Positions 37,583 to 48,473 of a stretch of 52,703 nt of DNA are shown here, in pieces. Positions within the stretch are counted from its first letter, which is position 1; the number at the start of each line of letters is the position of its first letter. The DNA comes from Fonticula alba ATCC 38817 (Eukaryota; Protista; Nucleariida): the NCBI GenBank assembly GCA_000388065.2, contig KB932201.1; one strand, 5' to 3'. Made by a program: the position numbers and the translations under genes. The notes below the pieces were generated by a model. The model was given only the letters and a program-made list of their open reading frames with translations, had not been told where the DNA came from and did not search any database.

Positions 37583-39836
37583 CCGGATGACGATGACGAT
37601 GACGACGAGCCGAGCACCCCGGGCCCCGGGGCCCTGGGGCCGTGTGGCCCGGGACCGGTGGTCGGCGGCGCCTCGAGGCCCCGTGGCAGCGGGGCCGCCG
37701 GCGCGGCCTTCACCCTCGGCCGGGGCGAGACCCTGTCCAATGGCGAGCCCTCGCGCAATTCCAGCATCCTGGTGCAGCTTCGCCGCGCGGACAAGCTCCG
37801 GCGCATGGTGGCCCCCGGCTGGCCGCAGATGGTCATCTTCCTCCTGGCGGTGGCGCTCAACGTCAGCCTGACTTACGCCCTGAGCCCGGTCTTTCCCGGG
37901 CGCTCGGGCCGGCCCCGGTACACCGACGATGGGGGCGGCTGCTCGGCCTACATGCTGCCGGTGCTGGCCATCTCGGCCGGCATCCAGGCCATCTTCGGCG
38001 TGGTGATGATTTTCCTGCTGTGGACACGCAAGGACGCCTATCGCATCCGCACGGAACTCGCCGTATGTGCCTGGGGACTCTGTTGCCGGCATCGGGGTGG
38101 CCCTTGCTTTTCCTTTGGGTGCCCTGGTGTTGTGGGCGGGGGAGGCATTTGATGACGCCCCAAGCGTGTCACCGGTGGATTGGTCCGCCGGGGTGTCCTT
38201 CACTTTGTCCCTCCCCTTGTGGTGTTGCCTCTCCCCGCCGGCTCGTACGCTTCCTGACATGCCCTGCGTCCCTGTGGGATTTTTCCCCCTCTGCACCGCC
38301 CCCCCCCCCCGTGAAGGTCTTCGGCTTCTTTGCCACGGGGGGCTTTTTTGTCTTCGTCCTGGCGGCCCTGTATCAGGACCCGGTCTTCTCGGCGGCCGCC
38401 ATGCACACCGTGTGTGCATGCATCTCCGGATCGACCCTCTGGACGAATGTCTTCCCCTATGCGCTGTCCTTCACCAAGTTCTTCCGGCGCCTGACGTACG
38501 TGTGCCCGTGCTGTGGCGGTGATGGGGCCGGGGGTCTGGCCTATGAGTGGAGTGGGCGTCCAGACGAGGAGCCAGAAGCAGGGGAGGCCGGCCCGAGCCC
38601 TTCGCCGTGCCCCACGGCGAAGGGCGACCCCCAGACCTGGCGGTGAGGACTGGCAAGCGCCAGGGCCCGGGAGGATATCGATCTCGTGTCGGCATAGTGC
38701 ATGCGCGCGCGCACACACATTTAGATGGATAGATGTGGATATCTACCGATCCAAAAGACACCCTTTCAGATGCCCTCACATATCCTGGCTACTCGGCTCT
38801 CTTAGCCCCGGCCTCCTGCCCCGGCCGCCCTTTGCCGCGCGCTCTTGTCGGCCTCCGGGTGACGGCAGGCATGGGGAGCCGAGGCGAGGGGATGCGAGGG
38901 GCTGGGCGACGCGGCCCTTCATGTAATAACACATACACACTCCCATGACCCACCTTCATCCCCACTCCCTCTCTCTCTCTCTCTCCCTCCCGGTGTCTGC
39001 CTCGCCTCCGCCCTGTCTCTCTACCACCGGGCCGTGCCCGGGCGCATATCATCCCTTGCACAGCTTCTTCGCGGATGAGGCCCGGCGTCAGCGGGCCTAC
39101 AACGCCAGCCGGCCGCCCAGCAGCCGGCCGCCCGGCGAGCAATCCAACTACACCCTTGCCAGCGGGGCGACCACTACCACTACCACCACCACTGCCCGGC
39201 AGTTGAGCTCGGCCGACAGCCAGTCATTTGGCGGAGGCCTGGCTCCGGACGTCGTGGATGGCGGCCACTATCCGCTGGCATCGGCCCTGGCCGACCTGCC
39301 GGAGGGCCTCGGCCCCGGGAGTCCGATCAGTCCGCAGTACTATCTCGGGCCATTGAACGACGCCATGATGGCCCCGGCCGATGCCCTGGGCGGCGGTGGC
39401 CCCGGCGGCATGGGAGCAACGGCGGGCTCGCATTCGGACTCGTCGAACCTGGTGGAATTCTCCGGCGACATGAAGAGATTCACCTTCTCCATGTTCGAGC
39501 GCCACTCCTCGCCCGAGGGGCTGGTGGGCTTCTTCAATTTCTGCACCCAATCCTTCAACTCCGAGCAGATGTACTTCTGGAAGCGCGAGACGCACTACCG
39601 GAAGTCCTTCTCGGAGAAGTTTGTGACCAGCCGCAAGTTCCTGGACCGGAAAACCTACTATATGGTGCGTGGCCTCGGCCCTTGTGGGCATCCAGAAATG
39701 GTGTGGCGGGTGAGCTGTGAGAGATGGAAGAGGGATGGAATGAGAGGAATGAAATGCGAGAGATGGAATGAGAGGAATGAAATGCGAGAGATGGAATGCG
39801 AGAGATGGAATGAGAGAGATGGAATGAGAGAGATGA

Positions 39837-39867
<31 letters not shown>

Positions 39868-42221
39868 TTTACAGAAAGTGAGGGGGAGACCACGGCCGTC
39901 CTGTGGCCCTCTTCTCAGAGGGCCTCCATGCACGGGTCTGCTACGGGCAAATTGGCCAGTGCCTGTGGGGGGGGGCCTTCTGTAACCAGCAAAAACACCT
40001 CTGCCATGGTCAAAACCACCCTACACGTCCCTGATACTCATAGCACGCTCGCATACGCCCACCATGCTCCAAGGTTGAGCGCTACAAGGAGGCCCTGCAG
40101 ATCATCCTGGTGTTCATCCTGCCTGGCGCCACACTTTAACTGAACATCGATCACGCGGCCCGGGCCAAGATCATCGAATGCATCCGGGAGATCCCGCCCC
40201 CGGCCGAAACGCCGGAACTGGCGGACTTCATCCAGAAGGTCTTCATCAAAATCGACGAGGCCATGTCCCTGCCAGATGCCGGCACAGGCGGCCCCGGGCA
40301 CGGGCAGGGTGCCGCACACCACCGGTACTCGGCACGCCGGGCCCCCTGGTCCAAGGCCCTGAGCACCTTCAGCGGGGCCGGACGCCGGCGCCAGAGCGCC
40401 ACGCCTTCTTACCGTCGAGGCTCGGCCACCGGGCCTGGCACCCTGGGCCCGGCCCATGCAGGCCCGTCCGAAGATCCGGAAGCCCGCATCGGTGGCCCCG
40501 GGGTGGTCGACGGCGGTGCCGGGGCCCGCGGCATGGCGCCCCTGCATGGGGGCGGGGCCGGTCCTGCCGGGCGCCTGCCAACCGGGCGCATGGTCGGCGA
40601 TCTGGCCGTCATCAATAGCGCGTCACCGATCCTCGGCACCGCCGACTCAAGCCTCCACGCATCGGGGGGCTCCTCGCAGACCAGCATGTCCAGCACCAGC
40701 GGCACGGTCAACCCGCCCGCTGGCAAGGCCGCGGTCTTGGTGGCCGAGGGTCTGCACTCGGCCAAGCAGCCGCCCAGTCCAAGCCCCCAGTCGCCGGGGC
40801 TCGGCTCGGACGCCGTCACCCTGCCGTACCCGGCGATGCCACCGATGGTGGCCGGCCACTCGCCGGCACAGCATAGCGCACATGGCGGGTCGCCGCCGGG
40901 CTCGCCGCCGGCCCCGGCCTCCCTCGTGGGCCCGGGCTGTGCCTCGGCCTCAGCCACGGCCTCCCCCCGCCTGGACCCCGCGCCAATGGCCCCGGCCGCC
41001 GCGCACCCGCCACCGCGATACCTGGAGCCGCTGCATGACCTGATGCTGTACCGGCTCTTTGGGGACCTTCGATATGAAATTGGCAACCAGCTGTCGCACC
41101 TGCTCTGTGCCTGGGGCGCCAGCGAGGGCAAGCGCGAGGTCGAGGATGCCATGATCCGCAAAGAGCAGCACGACTGGCGGGCCAAGCAAAAGCAGCTGGA
41201 GCGCGCCCGGCGGGCTTCCACCGTGGCCGATCTCGGCGGCTTGGGCTCGGCCCCCGGGGCGATGGTGGTGCTGCAGAGCCCGCCCCCGGCGCCGCTGTCC
41301 CCGAGCATGCGACGGATCCGGTCTTCGGAGTCGGTGCTGGTCGGCCTGCCAGGCGTCCGGCCGCCACCGCACGCCACCGGCTCGGCAGCTGGCAGCCGGC
41401 AATTCCACCCCCATCCCCACTCGCATTACCACCACCACCACCACCACCACCACCACTCGCCGGCGGATCTGGGCAGCACCTTTGGCGACCATCGGAGTAT
41501 TGGGCTCCATGCCTCGCACTCGGGCAGCTTCTTCGACCCGGCGGCCGATGGCGCCCCCACGGCCATGGGCGGCTACGCCGAGGCCGGCTCGCCCTTTGAC
41601 ATGATGCGGTCCGATGGGACGGATGGCGCGGAGCACCGCGGCGAGCCCGGGCCCATCTTCGCCTCGCTCGTGGCCACCGGCAGCCCCATCGACATCGAGT
41701 TCACCCTGGCCAACCCCACCGCCACCGGCGGGCTGATGGCTCCCAGCCCGAGGACCATGGCTTCGTCTTCCTTCGGCATGTATGCCCCGGCCGCACCGGC
41801 AGACCCTCCCCCCGGCCCACGGTCGCCCGGGGAGGCCGGCCACCCTGGCCGAGCTTTCCAGGCAGATGTCCTGCCAGGCACCGCTGGACATCCTGCAGGT
41901 CGACGCGGCTCCGCCACCACCCCGGGAGTTGCCGGCGGCGAGAGCACCTCAGCGGATAACTTGCCGGCGCTCATGCGTCCCGGCCAGGACTTCGGTCAGG
42001 ACGGCCAGCACACCGGCGACAGCCCGCCCGGATCGGACAACTACACCACCATGAACCGCCTGGCCTCGGCGTCGGCTGAACTTTTGACCATCTCCCAGTT
42101 TAACCCCCCTCTCCGGCGAACCAGCCACTTGTCGATCATGGACTTTGAGCAGTCGACAGTGCCCACGGCGGCCACGGCTTCGGGGCAAGTGTCAGGAAAT
42201 GGCTCCCCTCGTGTGGCTTGA
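36363..42221 (+). CDS. 7TM-RGS fusion protein with in-frame TAA at 40137-40139. Exons 36363-36674, 36980-38062, 38317-38495, 39064-39664, 40074-42221
   Basis: Seven hydrophobic segments (VALIFYLAVPAVFLGLYM; VLSHLISNISGGLTVAAVL; FIFINSMPTLWVLPLLLRGLYLY; MVIFLLAVALNVSLTYAL; MLPVLAISAGIQAIFGVVMIFLLW; VFGFFATGGFFVFVLAALY; AMHTVCACISGSTLWTNVFPYAL), with HEPIRTRG after TM1 and KDAYRIRTELA before TM6. RGS box: LVGFFNFCTQSFNSEQMYFWKRETHY...EALQIILVFILPGATL*LNIDHAARAKII. The ATG lies 20 nt after a gap, so the true start may differ. Confidence 0.82.
39716..39866. repeat. Degenerate GAGAGATGGAAT(GA/GC) minisatellite plus (GA)n in intron 4 of the 7TM-RGS gene
   Basis: Repeated gagagatggaatg / gaggaatgaaatgc units read directly. 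Confidence 0.8.
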
Positions 42222-44484
42222 CGATGCGGTAGTGACCGTCGCACTTGGCTGGCACCTCTCCCGCTCTATCCTCCGTTCCGATGCCTCTTTCGGCAAGGGG
42301 CGGGCGAGGGGAGGGGGGGAGGGGGGGGGGGGGCTGGGCGTGTCATATAAAGGCTTCAAACAACTATCGAGCGCGGTATGACTCAACTAAACATTCCATC
42401 CCTTCTCCCCTCCGCCCTTCCACACACACCCACACATACATACACATACATACACGCGGCTACAAGGCCACAAGGCCACATTGCCACATTGCCAGCCACC
42501 AGACCTTGTGATAATACATGCGGCCGATTTTTCCATCCTACCCATGCGCCGGAAGGGGCTTTGGAGAGGCAAGCCGCAGGACATCCGCTGGTCGCAGGAA
42601 GAGCATCGCGGGCGGGCTCCGGGGTGCTGTACCACAGGACATGAGCAGAGGGGCTGGCCGTCGTATTAAAAAAAAAACAGGGACACGCGAAGACGTACCA
42701 TGCAGGCCAAGAGAGGAGGATGGAAAAAGATTTCATCGGCACATGGTGAGGGCAGCAGGTGACAGGGCATTCGCGGGGCGGGCCGGCGTTCGAGGCACCT
42801 GTCCAGGAGGCTGCATGCCTGACCTGGTCGAGTGTCTTTGGATCAGCCACCGAGGTGGTGAATCATGGACACTCCGGAGCGTAGCTAGGTAGGCCAACCC
42901 CCTGGCTCGGCCCGGTTGCGCGCGATTGCCACCGGCAGGAACGACCCGACGGCTCGGGGGGCGTGGGCTTCGGAGAGGGGCTGCAGATATCCCGGCCGGA
43001 CACGGCCGACCAAGCGCACGTTGCGGCAGGTCGTGCCCTTTGTGCACACTGGCACATGCAATGTATATCGAAGTCCCGCGCCCCATCCTGGGAGAAGTGC
43101 CCCCGGCCACAGAGCCGGCATGCTCGAAATGCGGGCGTCTGGTACCGAGCTCACCCCCTTTCGATTGCCGCGCATTCCGACAGACCCCTGGCAAGCGGGG
43201 CCACCCCGGTCCCGGGAGAGGGCATCGGGCCGGCGGCCGGCCGGCCTCCTTTCCTCGGGGAGTCACCTCCCCGGGGCGCATGGATTTGCATGGGCGCTGC
43301 TGTCCCACGACCAGCAGCATGGACACCTACACCCAAACGCATCGGGGAAGAGTGGCCCTCATTCCCCCGAGAGGGCTGTGCACTCAAGACGCCTCGCCAG
43401 GCGGGCGGGCGTGCTTCTGCCAGATGGCCTGACCAGGGGGCACCTCCATGCCAAGGCCGGATAGTGCATGCTCGTGGACAGCCCCACCAGCACGGCCCTG
43501 CCTTCGGGCCATCGCAACTCCCGTGCATCTGAGCATCTGATGCTTACGCCTTGCCAAAGGGGAGGGCTCATGGATGGGCGTTCCCCCGCTCGAGGATCAC
43601 GCATTCTGTCGGGTGTCCCGAGGCCCCTCCGGGCCCAGGGTGCCGGATCCCGTCGAGCCGGCCCGCGGGCCTCCGGTTCGCCAGCAGCGACGGGCATCTG
43701 GCTGAGACAGCCGAGTCACGCAGGGTGCCCCGGCCCGCCCCCGGTATTCCATCCTACGTGGGGATGACGAACCAGCCAAACAATGGGGTGATGGGGCACC
43801 TTGCCATTGTGCGGGCAATGGGGTGCGGGAGCAGCCCGGCAGGGGACCTCCCCAGGGGTACCTTTGCAGCGAGAGGCCCCTTGGCTGGCAAGGATGGAGG
43901 TGCCAGGGAATGTCGCCGCAAGGGCCATCCTCCGGCTTAGGGCCATATCCCGGAAGCAGGGCAGCAGCAAAGCAACTTGGCGCGGGCAGTCACCCGCACA
44001 GCGGCCTGACAATCCACTCGGCTGGATGCTGATGCTGCAACCTTCGAAGGATGGGGTCGCGCAGAATGGCTGTGTCAAAGCCAGGGGCCATCCAACATCT
44101 GGCAAGATCATGGAGCGGCCGGCTCCCCTCCCGAGTTCGGGCACACCCCGAAGGAAGGACCGGGACAGGACAGCACCACCTGGCCGGGCCTAAGCGAGGA
44201 GTTCATCGGTCTGGGAGAGTTTCCCGGTGGTCCGTCAGCTGCTCCGGGGGATTGTGCGTGGCGGTCGGGCCGCCAAAGCCTGAGTCCCGGTCCAGGAGTG
44301 GTTTCAGAAGAACTGAGGACCGGCAGTCAGGTCCTCAAGCAGCAAGGCTTTTTTTTTCGCACAGACGCGGGCATGCGTCCCGGGGATTGAAGACTTCCAG
44401 CCGGAGTGCGCTGGTGAAATAGGTGCGCTGCTGGAGGGAGGGAGAGAGAGGAGGGAGGGAGGGAGAGAGAGAAAGAGAGAGGAG

Positions 44485-44518
<34 letters not shown>

Positions 44519-47500
44519 GAGGGAGGGAGGGAGAGAGGCCCGCGCATGCCGCGGGCGGCCTGCTTATCACCGAAAGGGCTTTGACATCGAGCCAGAGCCG
44601 GAGTGTCTAACCATCCTACATCGATGCCCCTCGGCGAGCAGGCAGCGACAAGGGGTGATCGGGGGGGGGGGGGTGATCGGGGAGCGATCCGAGGCGCGAT
44701 CCGAGGCGCATGATAGGTCCCGTTCGCAGCGCAGCGCACTCGCGTCCCATCATGTCACACGCAGGCCGCCACGGCCGTCGTCGTGTGGGGAGGGACGGGG
44801 AGGGGGGGGCGGTCTCCCCCATGCGGGACACCTGCACTGCTGCTGGTTCGGTCAGGCAGCGCGATGAGCAGACGCGGGAGGATCGCGGTGCCTGGACGGC
44901 ATGGCCCGCGCCCGAGGGCAGGCGATGGGCAAGTCGTCAGATGAGAAGGAGTTATGTCCGTGTCACGTGTCGTGGCTGCTCTGCAAGCGTTGTTTAATCG
45001 ATAGTCACTGCCTCCGCGAACACCCGCCCGGGTGAGGAAGCGGCTCGGCGTGTTGTTCAGTTTAATCGTCGATGACGATCCCGTGCCATGGCCAATGGTG
45101 TTTTAGTACTTCGATAGGCGACACGTGTCTCTTGGCAATAAACTCCGGAGCACGCTCTCAATGCACCTCACACCCAACTTTCCCCGTCGGAGGAAATGGG
45201 CCATGAGGGGGGGGGGGGCAGGGGGACAACGCACGGGTGCTGCGCCTTTTGCCCAGCCCCCTTCTCTACCCCCCGCACACACACGCGCCCGACCGTCTGT
45301 TTCTCCTGGCCCAGCCCACGCCAGGGGGAGGAGGCCGAAAGAAGCGCCGTGCTCCGGCCCCCGCCGAGTGACCCTGGGCGGGTCGCTCGCCCGGCGAGTG
45401 TCGGGGGGATGGGGCGCTGCGCTGTNNNNNNNNNNNNNNNNNNNNNNNNNNNNNNNNNNNNNNNNNNNNNNNNNNNNNNNNNNNNNNNNNNNNNNNNNNN
45501 NNNNNNNNNNNNNNNNNNNNNNNNNNNNNNNNNNNNNNNNNNNNNNNNNNNNNNNNNNNNNNNNNNNNNNNNNNNNNNNNNNNNNNNNNNNNNNNNNNNN
45601 NNNNNNNNNNNNNNNNNNNNNNNNNNNNNNGGGGGGGGGGGGGCTGACGACAGCGGCAGACCGGAGGCCTTTTCACGTTGAGAGGCCCTGCTCGCGGATC
45701 GTGAGCGGTGCATTAGGCCTGGTGCTGTGGATGATGACGATGACCTGGATGGTGGTTGGTTGTTTCACGCGGGCCTGGGGCCTGCCTGATCGGCGGGGTC
45801 CACCCCACCGGCGGGCTCTTTCTCACCGGCGGTGGGGGACCGCCGCCGATTGTGTGATGGAGGCTCGAAAATACCTGGCCCGCCCTGTCCGACGGGGGCG
45901 AGGGCGTGCCAAAAAAAAAAAAAGGAAAGGCACGACCTCCGGCGACAGCAGGGCCGAAGGTGTGAAGATGGACATGAGGAATATAAATGGCCGATTAGTT
46001 GGTAGATAGAAGACTGCTGGCAGAAGGGCCGAGAGACACCCGGGGTGGTTCTCGGTGGGGGCGCTGCCGGGGCCGGCCGCGTCAGCCGACCGGCGGCCGA
46101 TTCGTGCCGCCCCAGTCCCCCCCCCCCCGGTGTCTCGTAGGTGACTTGCTTGTTTGCCCGCGGCCATGGGCGGGATACCCGCCTCGGCTCGCGGGCGTGG
46201 TGTGTCCACAGCACCGGGGTGCCCGCGAGCACATATGAGAGCTGGGGGGCAGGGTGCACGCGGTTCCGGGGGCGGAATCCTTGGGGCCGCCCCGTGGGGC
46301 GGCCGGGCGGGCGGGCAAGGGGCGACGCCCGCGCGGCCACCGTCGGGCATTCGATCACCCATCGGCCACGGCTCCGGCCAGGAGGGGCCGGCCCCCTCTC
46401 ACGCACCGCCCACCCGCGAGGGGACATCACTGGCGCTTTGCCTCTCTGCCCGACAACCGGGGGCCGGGGAGGGGGGGGAGGGGGGGGGGAACATCCACGG
46501 GCGGCTGGGGTCCCTGCCAGGGGTCCCACGCCGGAGGGGCCTGCACCCGGGCCCTCGGTTGAGACCGGCATGGGGAGTTGCGGCCTCGGCCACGTCCGGG
46601 CCAGGAGCGGGGGGAGGTGGGCCTGGTCTTGGGGCCCAACCGGCGGCAGCTGGAGCGACCCTGCCAGGCCCGGGACCCTGCCACGCCCATGGGGCGCCCC
46701 GCGCGGCCACGCTCACGCCTCCGCCCCCCTCCTCGAGCGCCGCCGGTCCGCCCCCGGGGGAAAGAAACGCACGCGTTGGGCCGGCCCTCCCCCGGTCCCG
46801 GGACACGAGCCTGGGCGGCCCCGGATGCTCGGTGCCTTCTCTCCCATGCGCGTGTGTGGGTGCGTGCGCGCGCGCCTGCGCTTGGGATTCGCTGGGCGCG
46901 TCCCGGCCCTCCCCGGGGCCTGCTTGGGGACCCATTGTGGCGGGATTTTCTTTTGGGGTGCCCCCCGAGGGCAAGGGCGGAGAGGCCTGGATGTTTCTGC
47001 CCAGTCCCCGGAGAGCGGCGGGTCCCTTACTTTGCTGGTGCCCCCCCCCCCTCCCCCCCCCGCTGGAGCGCTGGGGCCCGGGGACCCGGGCGTCGACCCA
47101 GGCATGCCCGGACCGCGGGCGAGGCGCCTGATGGGAGATGTGCGGGCATGCGGTCGCCCGCCGTCGCTTTGGTGTGCGCTGCCCCGCGAATGGGCCGGAC
47201 CACCCCACGCCAGGCCACCAACCGGGGGGGGGGGGGGAGCCATAGCAGCACGCCCGTGCACACATGTCCCCCGGATCTGTGGGGGGCCTGTGCCTGGCCA
47301 TGGGGCCTGCGGCTGTCTCTTTTGGGCTTTCCCCTGCGCTCGCCCTTTTCTCGAGGCCCCGAGCCTCGCGCCCGGCCCCTGGCTCGCCTTCGCGGCCCTC
47401 GGGTTTGCACCGAGTGTGTGGGGCAGGCAGGGGATCGGGAGGCCCAGCCGTTACACGCCTGACCCGGCCGGATATCGCCTGCTGGCTTAGGGGCTTCTGG

Positions 47501-48473
47501 GCCCGGGGGATGCTCGGCGCCGACAGACCCAGGCATTGGGGGGGGGGACGCCCCCGACACGATCGGGGTGTCCTGAGAGCCCGCTGCACACTGCTGATCG
47601 GCAGGGGGCGGCGGGAGGGTGACTTGGGGGGCGGGAATCATCTCCGCGGCGGCCGTGCGCCTTCCCGGAGGGGAGGGGGTATCTTTGCCTCGGTGCCCGG
47701 GCCTCGCGGAAGCTGCCACCCGCCCGCAACAGGGGCTCGTTCATTGTTTTTTCCGCCGCCGCCCCCCGCCCCGAGTGACCCCCGACCCGGCGGCGCCCCA
47801 CGCCTCGCTCGGCTGAGGTAGCTCGGTCGNNNNNNNNNNNNNNNNNNNNNNNNNNNNNNNNNNNNNNNNNNNNNNNNNNNNNNNNNNNNNNNNNNNNNNN
47901 NNNNNNNNNNNNNNNNNNNNNNNNNNNNNNNNNNNNNNNNNNNNNNNNNNNNNNNNNNNNNNNNNNNNNNNNNNNNNNNNNNNNNNNNNNNNNNNNNNNN
48001 NNCGCTGCCGGCCGGCCGCGAACACCCCCGGGCGAGGGGGGGGGGGGAAGCCTGGCACTGGGGCGGCAGGAGGGCCACCCCCGCCCGCCGGCCGAAGAGC
48101 CACCTCCCTGCTCGCAGCCCCGGCGCCCGGGGTCCGCTCCAGCTGTCACCGCCACATTTACTGCCATCCATCTTGTCATCTTCCTCGCCCATCGCCTCGC
48201 CTCTCTGCGCCGCCCCCTCCCCCTTGGTCTTCTCGCCTCTGCATCGCGCGCATTCGGCACGGCTTCCCCTCGTTTCTCTCTCTCTCTCTCTCTGCCCGAG
48301 TGCCTCTCCAGCCGAGCCAGGTGCGTCTCCTCTCCATGGCTGTCTTCCCTCGGGAAAAAAGCCTCCCCAGGGAGCACTCAGCTGACTTGCCCCCCCCCCC
48401 CCCCCCCCCTCTCCCCGTCCCCGCCAGCCTCTCTTTCTGCCCCGTGCCCTTTCTCCTGCGCCTGCGCGCGCGA

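Noticed and set aside
40137-40139. Genome-wide TAA-to-Gln/Glu codon reassignment
   Set aside because: TAA terminates the thioredoxin, ATAD3, micropeptide and PDF genes, and no other in-frame TAA or TAG was found in my gene models.
44314-44357. 8-bp hairpin (tgaggacc/ggtcctca) with a downstream T-run, and a CAGG...AGCAG resemblance to SRP helix 8
   Set aside because: Lacks the GNRA tetraloop and the rest of the SRP fold; a single short hairpin is expected by chance.
45680-45985. Minus-strand short ORFs (MSIFTPSALLSPE..., TIQVIVIIH...) as a second micropeptide gene
   Set aside because: No consensus GTRYG donor, no CaaX end and no coherent exon chain; adjacent gaps prevent a firm call.
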